This document shows positions 22,973 through 37,662 of a DNA stretch of 64,000 nt, one piece after another; position 1 is the stretch's first letter, and each line of letters opens with the position of its first letter. The translations under genes were made by a program, and so were the position numbers. The notes beneath the pieces were generated by a model that worked only from the letters and a program-made list of their open reading frames with translations, had not been told where the DNA came from and did no database searches. The stretch comes from Octopus vulgaris. Lineage: Eukaryota. The stretch spans positions 61,442,001-61,506,000 of the forward strand of contig OX597831.1 of assembly GCA_951406725.2 (NCBI GenBank), written 5' to 3'.

Positions 22973-25900
22973 TACAATGCATTTCCCAACATGACCACTG
23001 TGCTTCAGGATGGAACCCAAACCCATGTGGTTGAGAAGCAAGCTTCTTACCACATATATATGTCTTTCCTATCATGAGCAACTCCAAAATATTGATTACA
23101 AATTTTGGCACAAGTATAGCAAGTTTGGGGGTGTGAGTCAATTACATTGGCCTCAGTGATCAACTACTACTCATTTTATCAACCTCGAAAGGATGAAAGA
23201 TAAAGCTGACCTCAGAAAATTTAAAAGCAGAATCTAAAGACAGACGAAACGCCACTAAACTTTTTGCACGCCATACTGACTCTGCTAGTTCTCCAACTTA
23301 TGCAACACCAAAATATTAATTACACTTTGACTAGAGATGAGGCTTACTTCTGTAGAGACTAAATTAACCAGAGGTTATTACTGGTATTTCTTTTATTAAG
23401 CTCAAACTGAATAAACAAAAATGCATGATGCAGGCATGATTTGAACCCAGAATAATGAAAGGCGAAAAGACTACAGTGAAATATCTAATCTGGTATTTTT
23501 ACCTTTTAGTTGTTTCAGCCAGTAGATAGTGGCCATGTTGGGGCACCACCTTGAAATGTTTAGGACTTATATTTTTAGTAAGGTACTTATTCTCATATTT
23601 TACTCATTTTATTTGTACTCTTTTTCTTGTTTCAGTCATTTGACTGTGGCCATGCTGGAGCACCGCCTTTAGTCGAGTAAATTGACTCCAGGACTTATTC
23701 TTTGTAAGCCAAGTACTTATTCTATTGGATTCCTTTGCCGAACCACTAAGTGATGGGAACATAAACACACCAGCATCGGTTGTCAAGCGATGTTGGGAGG
23801 ACAACCACAGTCACCAAACACACACACACACACACACATACATACATATATATATATATATGACAGGCTACTTTCAGTTTCCGTCTACCAAATCCACTCA
23901 CAAGGCTTTGATCAGACTGAGGCTATAGCAGAAGACTCTTGCCCAAGGTGCCACGCAGTGGGACTGAACCCAGAACCATGCGGTTCGTAAGCAAGCTACT
24001 TACCACACAGCCACTCCTACAACTTTTACTTATTTTTTTATTTATTTTATTTATTTATTTTTTTGATGAACTGCTAAATTATGGGGACATACACAAACCA
24101 ACACCAGTTGGCAAGCAGTATGGTGGGGGACAAATATGAATACAAATACACACCCACACACACAAATGTGTGTGTGTGTGTGTGTGTGTGAATGTGTATC
24201 AAACAGGTTTCTACAATTTCCATTTACCAAACTCACTCACAAGGCATCACTCGATCTGAGGCTGATGCTTGCCGTAGGGGCTGTACAGTGATACTGAACC
24301 TGAAGTTACATGTGAAGCAAGCTTTTGAACCACCTCCTCCTTCTTTTTTCACTAAACATGCATTGAAAATAACAAAATATTGCTTAAGAATGAGAAATCT
24401 GTCAGAAAGAGAATAAAAAGATTTTAGAGAAATTTCATGTAAAATGCTATTGACCACCCCAAAACAATAACAGAGGGGTCAGGCACAGTTTAGATTAGCT
24501 AAAATTATAGCACTGATCAAGCTGCTAGCAAATAGGGAGAAAAAAGTCAGAGAATCCCAATACACAAAAGACTTTGAGGACATGAATTGAAATTCACAGA
24601 ATTGCATGGAGACATGACTGCTGTGCTTGAGGTCAAGTCAGACATGGTCGCATGAGTCTTCGCAACACATTTCTGCATCCACCATTTGTCAGTATTTGCT
24701 TGGGTACTAGTCATTTGCCTGGGCAGTGTCCTAGTCATTCCAACCAGTATCCCAGTCAGTTCTTATTTCTATGAAATACTTTCTCATTTACCATGTCCAT
24801 GAGGCATGTAGCTAACCAGCACAAGTAGTTACCCTAACTGGATTCTCAGAGAAGAGAACATAGCACACACGATCCAATTCGAAAAATTGAGAAACATGAA
24901 CAAATAGTTTAAGCTGATGTTTATAATCATACAATAACACATTCCAGCTTTTGAGTAGAGTCTTTGGTTGGAAATGAAATCCAACCAATGATAGCCCATA
25001 ATCTTGCAAAAATCTTGAAACTGAAGAAATTACAAGAAGAATTAAAGAAAGGGAAAAGTAAGATTTAAATATAGGATAAGTTACTTTATGCATTATTCTA
25101 TTCAATTCCTCACAACCCATGTCACTGCAAAGCCATAAAATACAATTTTTAAGATGGGTTCTCTGAAGAAAGGAATCGAAGAGATTTGTGAGAAAATGTT
25201 TATCATAGAGACATACGTGAACTTAGTGGTTATCAGAAGGGGTGAGGGTAACAAAAGTTGTTTAAGTGGTTTGTTACTTTGGAAAGAGCCAATGTCTTGT
25301 ACTATAGAGACAACATCAATTTAGAGAAGGATTAATGACTTGCTCATGTCAAGAGTTTAAAGCAAGGGTTTAGGAAAACATGACACTCATTGGAGCGTTT
25401 AATCTTAAAGTTAAGGTTACTTCCTTGGTAATCAATTTTATTTTGGTCTCTGAAATCATTGTGATCAGAATTAGAGTTTAGAATGATTTCAAAGCTTTTA
25501 TATATGTACATAAAAGAAGGAAGGGCAACTAAATATTTAAAGCCCATGACAGCTGTAAGAATGTAGGTGATAAATTTTCTTAGATGTTGTATGAAACCCT
25601 GGAGACAGATTAATTTCAAGTAACCCTGGGGAAAGGAAACAGCAGCTAAGAAACTTTCTTTGTGCTTTCTCAAAGATGTATCGACTTGGATACATAATAA
25701 TATTGATAAAACAAAACTGATATAGCAAAGATGATATTCTGTTAAGAAGTTAGATAAGCCATGGTTCACAATGATCTGTGAAGTAAATAGATCATAGAGA
25801 TTGATACAGGGAATGTCCTCTATAAAAGCAAGTACTCTATGGCAGTATAAAACAGGAAACATTAAAACAGTGAAATGACGTTTAGAAAATAGATAAAGTG

Positions 25901-26416
25901 ATTGTGCAACAAGAGGATAATTCTCATGTTTAGAGCAATGCTCCTCAGAGAATGACAGGAGGTAATCTGTGTAGAATCTCTATATTGTGTAGTACCACTG
26001 TGATTGAAGATAGAAGAAGTAAGGAAAGCGTAATATCAAAGGAAGAGAATCGCAGGTTGAGAATAGAGTAAGTAAGGTTCAGTTAGGAGCAAAGTCTAGT
26101 AAAATGTTAGGGCAAAGTGACGTGAAGTGGAAAGGAGCAGGGCAGAGAAATGTGATAGTAAGATACAAGAAGAGGTTCTGGAACAAGGCATGGAAGACAA
26201 GTATGAAGTAAAAAGGTAGTGAGCAAGATATAGCAAGGTATAGGAAGTGAGCTGTGAATTGGTGGTAAGGATGTAATAAGATGGCAAGGTGTAAGATATG
26301 AAAAGATGATATGGAGGGGGCATCGTAAGGTGGTAAAGTGAAAGGTATTTTAAAATAGAAGAGATCAAGGTATGATAAACAGTAAGGTGGTAAGAAGTAA
26401 AGTATACTATGTGAAG

Positions 26417-26748
26417 GGGCATGGCTCAGTGGTTAGGACGTCAAGCTTACGATCGTGAGGTTGTGAGTTCGAATCGTGGACTGGGCTGTGTGTTGTGTTC
26501 TTGAGCAAGACACTTTATTTCACGTTGCTCCAGTTCACTCAGCTGTAGAAATGAGTTGCGACGTCACAGGTGCCAAGCTGTATCGGCTTTTGTCTTTCCC
26601 TTGGATAACACTGTTGGTGTGCAGAGGGGAGGCTGGTATGCATGGGCGACTGCTGGTCTTCCATAAACAACCTTGTCTGGACTTGTGCCTGGGAGGGTAA
26701 TTTTCTAGATGCAATCCCATGGTCTGTGTCGTGACCGAAGTGGGTCTC
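26417..26748 (+). mobile_element. SINE family E (tRNA-like head, ttgagcaagacact core)
   Basis: Head ggctcagtggttagg...gagttcgaatc with A and B boxes. Relatives at 27345-27630, 35000-35205, 43555-43844 and 47785-48123(-). Confidence 0.82.
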
Positions 26749-29334
26749 AGCATACTATGGTGACAGAGTGTAAGATATCATAATCTAGTTGAAAGTAAAG
26801 CTTATTTATGGCTGTAGGGAAGAAGGTATAGTAAGATAGTAACATCATCATCATCATCCGCATCAATTAATGTCCATTCTCCATGCTGGCATGGGTTGGA
26901 CGGTTTGAGAGAAGCTGGCCAGCTGAAGATCTGCCTAGGCTCTGTGTCTGTTTTGGGATAGTTTCTACAGCTAGATGCCCTACCTAATGCCAACTACTTT
27001 ACATTGTGTACTGTGTGCTTTTATGTGGCACCACTACAGGTGCTTATTACATAGCAGTGGCACCCACAACCTCACAAGATTAAGATCACTCAGCTGAAGA
27101 GGAATGCTGGGTACATGCCTGTATGCTAGAACAACCATGACTTTACTTAGCTTAGTGTGTCTTCTCAAGCACAACAAACCACTGTAAGTCTCAATCCCTT
27201 GTCATTCCGCTCTGTGAGGCCCAGCATCTGAAGATCCTTTCTCACCACTTTGCCCAATGTATTCGCAAGCATGTTCATCTTATAGGTGATACTGTATTTC
27301 ACTTATATTACAAAACATTTTACTATAATACTATGTTCTTAGTGCAGACACGTAGTTTAGTGGTTTGAGTATTTGGATCTAGGTCATAAAGTCATGAGTT
27401 CAATACCCAGTAGCATGTTGTATCCTTGAGCAAAGCATGTTGTTTCTCAGTGCTCCAGTTCACTCAGATTTCAAAGCAGAGAAGTATCTGTATTTCAAAG
27501 GGTCAACCTTGTCACATTGTGTGTCAAGCTTAATCTCCCTAAGGGTAAGTGTGTCTGTGGAATACTCAGCCAGTTGCACATTTCAATTTCACAAGTAGGC
27601 TGTTCTGCTGATTGGATCAGCTGGAACTCTCATGCCACTGCCAGTTTTCTATGTTCATAGTCTATTGGATAAAGTTTGGTAGAGGTGCAGATTTGGTTAT
27701 TGAAATCATTAAGTAACCACAGGAAGGTAACAAGCAAGACAAAATGCTAAGCAGCATTTCATCTGCTTTTACATTCTGAGTTCAAATTCTACAGAGGTCA
27801 GCTTTGCCATTCATCCTTTCATGGTCGATAAAATTAGTACCAATCAGTGTAACTGACTAGGCCCTCCCCACGAATTTTGTGCCTATGAAGGAATTATTAT
27901 TTAACCTCAGATCAGACTTGAGTGAGCCTATGACTAAAGGCTTTCCCTTTTGACTCTTCCCTTCCTTCTTTTACATATTGCTCATCTAAGACTTCCTTAT
28001 GCAATGTATCTTTTCCTTTTCAAGATAGTAGGGTGTAAAATAAGGAAAGTTTGGCCATTTTTTTTAGCACAGTAAATGATCATGTAGAAGCCTTCTGGTT
28101 GGCTTATGGAATTGAAATGATTAATATCACAGCAATGAGTTTTGCAAATCCTTTCAAGGGTCAGTTAAAATCATTGTAAAGGCAAATGTGATCCATGGAC
28201 CATATTTCCATGTGTGTTGTCACATAATGCTATGTACCAACACAGGAAGAACATTTCCACTTTGAACCAAAGAAGTACCCTAAGCTTGGGAACCCAAGCT
28301 ATGAGATAAGGTAAAAGGGACAAATTTGACATCTAGAGCTGGGGCATTTGAATGTTCTGAAATTAGCATGGCTAGGGTATTGGATTTCTAGACAAAAAGA
28401 GTCATTTAAATTTTATTTGTTTTGTATGAGAGATGATAATGTTTGGATAGAATGTGGCAAGGAGTTTCTGAATTTAAATATAGAACATAGAAATTGCAGA
28501 GAATAGAATGATGTTAAAGAAGAGCTCACCTCATCTCATCTTCTTCCTCCACTCACCTTTGGAAAGGACGTGAGGCAAAGTACTCAAGCATACCTTCCAT
28601 CAGGTACTATCTGAAGATCTTTTCTCACTACTTCGCCCAATGTATTCCTCGGACTACCCCTTGTAGGTTCATAATGTTGTGACAACACTCGTGAAAATGT
28701 AATCCATAGATCAAGGAAGCACTTGTCTGTTGTTCCAGCGATCAAGCTATTCGTAAAAATGTTCATCTTATAGGTGATACTGCATTTCACTTATATAACA
28801 AAACATTATCCTATGTTTTTAGTGAAGACACATAGTTTAGTGGTTAGGGTATTTGGCTCTAGGCCATAAAATCATGAGTTCAATACCCATGGTTGGTATC
28901 CAACCATCTTGCTCATGGTCTATGTTTCAGTCTCTTGCTGGTTGTTTTGCTTGTAAAACCTGTCCAGTGACTCTTCCCTGTAACATTCTTACCACATGTT
29001 TGTAGCATCAGGGTTGTGATCTCTCAATTCAGAGAAGCAGTTCTACATGGAGCACTAAAAAGGAAAAATTAAAAGAAAAAGTAAATACTGTTTTAGCATT
29101 TGCTAGGAGTTGATGCAGGAATGTGTCAACTGCTAGCTTGAGCACAATAGAGGAGAGCATTAACACTGAAAGAAACCAGTTAATCATTGCATAGGTAGAA
29201 CAACACTGAGTGAAAACTATAAGCCATTACATATAAAGGGTAAAGACTACCTTTGATCATAAGTGGCCAAGGGATTGCACCTAGAAGGATCCCCTCCAAA
29301 GCTGTTTAATAGAAAACCAGCAGTTGCACAATGC

Positions 29335-29783
29335 ATACCAGACTGGGCATTGTGAGTGTTTATTGAGCGAAAACACCTAAAGCTCCACGAGGCCCCAGCA
29401 GGGGGAAGGGGGGGTGAACCCTGCTGTACTCTTTCACCACAACTTTCTCTCACTCTTTCTTCCTGTTTCTGTTGTACCTGTATTTCAAAGGGCCAGCCTT
29501 GTCACACTCTGTGTCACACTGAATCTCCCCGAGAACTACGTTAAGGGTACACGTGTCTGTGGAGTGCTCAGCCACTTGCACATTAATAAATGAACTGTGA
29601 TGTCACTGGTGCCAAGCTGTATTGGCCTTTACCTTTCCCTTGGATAACATCGGTGGCATGGAGAGGGGAGGCTGGTATGCATCGGCGACTGCTTGCCTTC
29701 CATAAACAACCTTGCCCAGACTTGTACCTCGTAAGGTAACTTTCTAGGTGCAATTCCATGGTCATTCATGACCGAAGGAGGTC
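29335..29783 (+). mobile_element. 5'-truncated SINE D body followed by two tail modules shared with SINE E
   Basis: Body attgagcgaaaacacctaaagctccacg...; tail gtacctgtatttcaaagggcc (also at 27483 and 43691); then gtcactggtgccaagctgtat (also at 26563). Confidence 0.78.
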
Positions 29784-30309
29784 ACATATAGATATGATAA
29801 TTACATCATAAATTGAGGGAGCCTTAGTATGATCACTTACTTTGCTAAAAAATAGCTAAGAAATAATACTCACAGTTCCCTGGGTGATGAAGTCTTGGTA
29901 ATAATTAGTATATCTGAAAAAATAAAAAATGGTCATGGCAAGAAACACTTGAATTTTTGGTCTTCTTGATTAGAGCTGTTTTAATCTATGGCTAATCAAT
30001 AACTACAACAGCATTTACATGCTGGAAACATTTACATCAAGTATAGTCAGACACACCCAAAAGTCCATTAAACTATGATAGTGAAACTGGAAGAGGAAGT
30101 TATGTGAGGATAAACAAAGGGCACAGAACAAAAATAGAGGAAAAAAAAAGAAAAATAAAGAGGAAAATTCTGCTGTTCACAATGTAGGTGTGGGCTAAAT
30201 GGAGGGAATGAGAGTAATGTTACTTTTATTAAATCTGTTTTATTGGAAATAATATTGATGAAAATCTTTGAAAATTTAGGATAAACATCTATTTTGCTGT
30301 ACATATTTC

Positions 30310-30820
30310 ATATGCATATATATATATAAGTATAAAAATGTGTGTGTGAGTTTGAATGGATGTACATGTGTGTGTATGTATGTATATATGTAGTTTATGT
30401 ATATATGTATGGATGCATGTGTATATATAAATATGTCTACACACACATATATATATATACACACACACACACATATGCACATACATAACATATACATACA
30501 TTTATTTATATATACATACATATATATATACATACATATATATGTATATGTACATATATATATATACATACATACATATATACATATATATATATACATA
30601 TATATATACATACACATATATATATACAAACATATATATATATACATACATATATATATATATATACATACACACACATATATATATATATACATATATA
30701 CACATATATATATATACATGCATACACATATATATACATACACACACACATACACACACACATATATATATATACATACACACACACATACACACACACA
30801 TATATATATATATAATATAG
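30310..30820. repeat. Compound (TA)/(CA)/(TACA) microsatellite
   Basis: Direct inspection. Confidence 0.96.
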
Positions 30821-31884
30821 AGAGAAAGAGGGAGGGCAGCATATATTTCATATTATTTTGTTTTACTTTTACTTTGGATAAAATCAAATGAAAAACAAAA
30901 TGATATTTATACGTCATGTTCCTGGAAGCTATCAGGAAGCGATGGAGTGGGGTGTGTGGTGGTAGTGGGCATGAAGTATATGTGCGTGCACAATCATGTA
31001 TGAGTGTGTGTTTGCGTGTGTATGTGGGTTGGTTGTTTGGTTGGTTGGTGGGCGGGTGGGTGGGTGGGTGAAAGAATCTAATAAATATTTAATAACGAAA
31101 GGTAAAGATTGGAAGAATGATAATATCTTATATTTCTGTCAGATGGCAACAAACTCCTCTAAAAGAGAAAACACTTATATTAATGCTGCATAGCATTGGA
31201 AATATATCACTGTTTAATAAAAAGCGTCTAAAGTTGTTGGTATTGATTACGTTGTCTGAACAGATTTTATTGAACACTAACACATTGTTGTCTAAAAATA
31301 ATATTGCAAAATAGGAAATTTTTAAAAAATAAAAAAAAAATTAAGGTTAAGAGATTAAGGGAGACAACTTTTTTTTGCAAAAAAAAAAAATAAATCACCC
31401 CTAAAATAAAGAGTTTCTTCCATCCGAACACAGATGTCATCGAAATATTTTTGCAAATGGTATTTTAGAGGAGAAAAAATCAATTGTTGAGGCGAATGAT
31501 CGTAAATGTACATTTTTCAATGCGTAATTGGAAGAATGAGAAATAAATATTTTTAGAAAAATGGAAATCAGACATTTTAATGATTGCAATATTTTCAGAC
31601 TTAAAGGACGGAGAGTTTATTTTAGCTTGAAATAATATATAAGTGAGCTTATTTTACAAAAAAAGTAAAAAAAAAAAAAAAGTCTAAAAAGAAAAAAAGA
31701 AAAAAGAATGTAAGAGAGAGAAAAAAAATTTTCTATAATTTTGATGATGATTTTAATGTCCAATTCATTTTCCGATTTTACTGATTTAACATTCTAACTT
31801 GGAGTCAGTAGTAAGAAAGTAAACATACCCTTTTATTTTTATCTATCAATATCATGTTCCTCCCTCCCTTCTCTCTCTCTCTCT

Positions 31885-31919
<35 letters not shown>

Positions 31920-32480
31920 TTATATCTATATACTGATATATATATGTACAGATAAATAAATAAATATATATATATATATAAAACTTATATCTATATACTT
32001 ATATATAAATACAGATAAATAAATATATATATATATATATATATACGCACATACATACATATACACACACACATATATATACACACACATCCACAAAAAT
32101 ATCTAGCTGAAATTTTTCAATACAAGCATTTGAACAAGTCTCCATACGATGTAAAGCAAACAGAATTGTGCACATATATATAATATATGCACACATGGTG
32201 CATCCAGAAGTCAGTTTTGCTGAAATGAGTGGATTTCCTCAAGACACATACCATCAGACAGCTATTAACTGCTACTGGTGAACCATCCAAACAACAAAGA
32301 GAGCAAATTTCTGGCATACTCATAGTACAGTAATACTCTGATAAATCTGCTGCATATGAAGTTTACATTTTCTGTTAGTCTGCTTGTCAGCTCTGCTACA
32401 CATTTTGTATGTCCAATGGGACAGCATGTGGAGTTTACAGCTAATCCTTCTCTACACATCAACCAAAATCATTTCCCAAG

Positions 32481-32887
32481 TGGGGGTCACAATGGCCCAG
32501 TGGTTAGGGCAGAAGACTCGCGGTCGGATGATCGCAGTTTCGATTCCCAGACCGGGCGTTGTGTGTGTTTATTGAGCGAAAACACCTAAAGCTCCATGAG
32601 GCTCCGGCAGGGGGTGGTGGCGACCTCTGTTGTACTCTTTCACTCCAACTTTCTCTCACTCTTTCTTCCTGTTTTTTGTCCCCGACTTACTACGCATCCG
32701 CTGAGCCTGGATGCGCATTCATCCATCCGTCGATGCTCTCAGTGTCGGAGGTTGACATGTTTTCTCTTCTGCGGGTCTTACGAATAGCAAAGGACGATGT
32801 ATTGGACTTCTTCCACAACAGACAATCCAGAGGCATGATCTTGCGAGCTCTGGGATGAAGACCGCTTTGCTCAACAAACAAACAAAC
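32481..32887 (+). mobile_element. SINE family D with a further distinct tail ending (AAAC)n
   Basis: Head aatggcccagtggttagggcagaagactcgcggtcgg...tttcgattccc; unique tail after ~32677. Confidence 0.85.
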
Positions 32888-34897
32888 CATTTCCCAGAAA
32901 ATAGCAATGTTCTGTCTTCTTTGTAATTTACTAAAACCTTAATCTTTGCTAAGTTTACGTTAGTAGTAGTTTTAGGTTTAGCTTCTCTGCCTGGAATTTC
33001 CTCTCTAATTCCCCATATAATTTCAGTTATGAGAATTAGATCGTTAGAATAAAGGAGTTTCTATAAACAGTTAGTCTTAAACACCTCTGTGACAACCTGT
33101 AGAATTATGAAGAATAAGAGAGGACAGAAACTATGTCTTAAAGGACACCTGTCTTTTTACTCTTTATATTTTACTTTTTCAGTCATTAGACTAGACCGCA
33201 GACGTGCAGGGGCACTGACTTAAAGAATTTCTAGTCAAATTATTGACCTCAAGCCTGTCTCTTTTTAAAACCTGGCAGTTATTCTACTGGTTTCTTTTAC
33301 AGAACTGATAAGTTGCAGGGACGTAAACACACCAACACTATTTATCAAATTGTAGGGGGATGCAAACACATACACAAAGACACACACAAATATAAATATA
33401 TGTGTGTATTCAATGGGCTTCTTTCAGGTTCCATCTGCCAAAAGTACTCACAAGGCTTTGGCAGAAGATACTTGCTCAAGGTTCCACACAGTGGAACTGA
33501 ACCTCAAGCCATGTGTTTGAGAAGCAAGCTTCTACCACAGTAACATTGTCAGTTCTCACTACACAGAATCTTTGTACATAGCTTGTACGTCACTCACAAG
33601 CTATTCATCTACATTTAGTTTCCTTGGCGACCACCAAATTACTGAACATGTCATTCTGTCAAACACCTACAAATCAACAAATGCTTGTTTATTCTTAATC
33701 AAGTATTTTGCCTGCAGTTACCTCAGTGGGAAGATTGCATCTGTATTACCCCTTCCAGGCATGAAACCAAACTGCATCTCATCTATGACTCTCTTTATGC
33801 TCTTAATAACCAGATCCTGTAATTAGATTTCTCTATAGTTACTTCTATCTAAGGCATCCGCTTTGCTTTACACTGAAATTGCCATGCCAGTCATTGAGTA
33901 TAACACCTTCCTCTATAACTAGATTGATAGCGTATATCGTAATCATATATCTTATATCAGCAGATATTTTGAGCATCTCAGCAACTATTGTTTAAGGATC
34001 AGCAGATCACGAAAATTACACATTTTTGCTATAAGAGAGAAATTTTTCTCCTTGATAACTGCAGTGAATTTGCCTTTAGCAGCTGAAATATGTCACGAAC
34101 ATGTTTAAACTAACCTAAAGTTCATTTATGCCTAAGAACTGCTTGGTGCTGATATTACAGTATTTATCATGACCTTGGGGGCCAAGTGGTGCAAATCAGT
34201 CAATGTTGTTGACTGTATTCTAGTTAAAGCCATGGCTTTCCCCATTTCTTCCCAGAGTTGCCTCACTTTGATATTTCCCATTGATAATGACTAAAGAGCT
34301 AGAAACATTGATGTCTGAGAATCCGACAGGAGGCAGCATTAGACAGACGTAGTATTTTTACAACTTTTTAACACAAGAGAGAATTTTTACTCCACAATAA
34401 CTGCAGTGAATTTCCCTATAGCAGTTCAAATATATTACGTATTTTTAATAACTTGCATGTGTGTGTGTGTCATTGTACTTGTGTTTGTCCCCAACAACTA
34501 TTTAACAACCAATGTTCTTTTGTTTACATCCATATAACAGCAGTTTGGCAAAAGTGACAAATAGAATAAATACCAGGCTTTTAAAAAAAATAGTACTCAG
34601 GCTGATTTGTTTGCCTAAAACTCTTCAGGGCTATCCCGGCATGGCTCCAGGCAAAAGACTGAATCAAATATAAGGATATATATATACATATATACAAGAA
34701 TGTGTGTGTGTGTACACATACACCACAACTACCATCGTCATCATCATCATCATCATTTAATGTCTGCTTTCCTTGCTGGCATGGATTTGACGGTTTGACT
34801 GGGGTCTGGCAAGCCAGGTGGCCATACCAGGCTCACTTTGTTATCCCTTTTTGTATCACCTAGTTCTCCGGATGTTTTGCGTTCTTGTCCCATTTTG

Positions 34898-34987
<90 letters not shown>

Positions 34988-35931
34988 GAAAGTTGATGGC
35001 TCACAATGATGAGGTAGTGAGTTATATTCCCGAAATGGGCTGTGTGTTGTGTTCTTGAGTAAGACACATTATTTCACGTTACTCCAGTTCACTCAGCAGT
35101 AGAAATGAGTGGCAACGTCACTGGTGCAAAGCAGTATAGGCCTTTGCTGGTATGCAAGGGCAACTGCTGGACTTCCATAAACAACTTTGCCCAGCCTTGT
35201 GCCTACACACGCATAATAGGCTTCTTTCGGTTTTCATTTTCAAAATCCCCTCACAAGGCTTTATTTGACCCGAGGTTATAATAGAAGACACTTGCCCAAG
35301 GTGTCACACAGTGGGACTAAGAACCATGTGGTTGAGAAATATATACATGAAATACAACATGGTTCCCCACATTTTCTGTCTCCCATATTAACTCACGAGT
35401 CATTGGTTAGCTAGAGCCTACAGTAGAAGACTCTTACCTAAAGTGCCACACAGTGGGATTGAACCTGAAACCAATATGGTTGCAAAGTAAGCATGTTTAC
35501 CACACACCCATGCCAGTGCCTATTGTACAATAAAGCCAAGTTTAAATAAAAATAAAAACAAAGTAGAGAAATGAAGGACCATCATCATCAAATGCCCATT
35601 TTCCATGCTGGCATGGGTTAGAGGATTTGACCAGCTGCACTAGGCCTCAGTCTGTTTTGGCTTGGTTTCTATGGCTTGATGCCCTTTCGAATGCCAACCA
35701 CTGCACAGAGTGTACTGAGTGCCTTTTACATATCACTGGCACATGTGTCTTTTGTAGAGTCCCCAGCATAGGTACCATTCATGCATCACCGGTACTGTTA
35801 TGCACCATAGTATTTGTTTCTCTGTTTTGAGAAATCAAATCTCACAGAGTATTATAGCATTTGCGTACTATGGGAGCAATAACACGATATCAGAAATGAA
35901 ATACTACAGTTGATTAAGTCAATTTCTCATT

Positions 35932-36090
35932 TCTATATATATAAACGGCAAAATGTCTGTGTGCGTGTCCTTTATACAAATCCACAATTTTTCAGTTACA
36001 AGGCTCGCACTTTCTATGGTCATTCAAGGGTGGTCGTGCACATCTTTACATTTTCCCAGTCACCCAACAAAGCCATTAAAAAGTTGATAG
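35932..36090 (+). mobile_element. Probable 5' end of a non-autonomous Helitron-like element
   Basis: TCTATATATATAAA followed by tgtctgtgtgcgtgtcc, as is typical of such 5' ends; no 3' CTAG end found. Confidence 0.4.
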
Positions 36091-37224
36091 CAGCTCATCA
36101 GTTCCTGAGTTGAAGTCAGCAATGGAAGACCGGTACTGTTGGAAGAACGTCTGTGCAGATTATAGTAACTCAATCTAAAGAGTGGAACACTGCTAGAGCT
36201 CCTGCCAATATCATCATCATCATCATATTTTGTGTTGTAAACTTTGTGCTCTGAGATCATCCATACTCAATAAGAACATAAACATTTTTGAGTTCTGTAC
36301 TTTTATAAAATGCTTTTGTTAGTCCACCTAGAAGGCAATACTCCAAAATAATGAGGGGGTGAAGTCTGAATTTTAAACTCTGAATGCACAGAACCAGTAT
36401 AGATATGGCAAAGCATCCCTCTCAACCCTAACAATCCAATGAAGACCTTAGGCTGGTACTTTATTTATCAACACGACAAATTTAACCCTAATGGGATTTG
36501 AACTTGGAGTTCAGCAAACCACTGTAAATACTTACAGGGTACTAAATTTGATGCTGTAACAACTCTGACAATTCATCACCACTGAAAAGTTTTATAGCAT
36601 ACTTTACAGTTAATTAATGACTCATCCTCGCACATGCATGTGTGTAAGTGCATTCATGCATACACATACATATATACATATATACATGCATATGTGATAC
36701 ATACCTATGGAATGTGCAAGTAGGGATTTAGAAGATAGTCCAAATGAGTACTTAGTACTCATATTATGTACAATGCATTTATTTTTTTTCTTTTATAGCA
36801 AACAGCCATATAGAGAGTTCGTTTGTTTCACAAGTTTAGTCAGTAGAGTGACCGAATGTGCCATTTACTCTTTTACAGATTATGGGAGTTTTGCTGAAAA
36901 TATGCTAGGGTACCAAATTGGCACTTATTGGTAAATATACTTCATGGCATTCCTACAGCAAAAATAAAGCTGAATGAAATGTAGAATTTGTTTGCCTTTC
37001 AACCATGCAGAGGAATTCAGAGTTTATCTGACCCTGGTGCAAAACGAAATTAGACATATAAGATGTGAAACAATGAATCCAGAATAGCTTTTATGAAAAA
37101 CCAAAAATTACTCTAAATAATGAAAAATTGATATTTCACAAGAAACAGTTTATTTAGTGGTGTTGCTGTTTCTTAGAAATGCTTATTCTTTCTTCAACAC
37201 CTTTTACTCCCCACAAAGACATTA

Positions 37225-37642
<418 letters not shown>

Positions 37643-37662
37643 ATATATATATATATATATAT

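Noticed and set aside
24830-26400. Degraded retroelement ORF on the minus strand
   Set aside because: The strand-skewed composition is suggestive, but I could not read a diagnostic motif.
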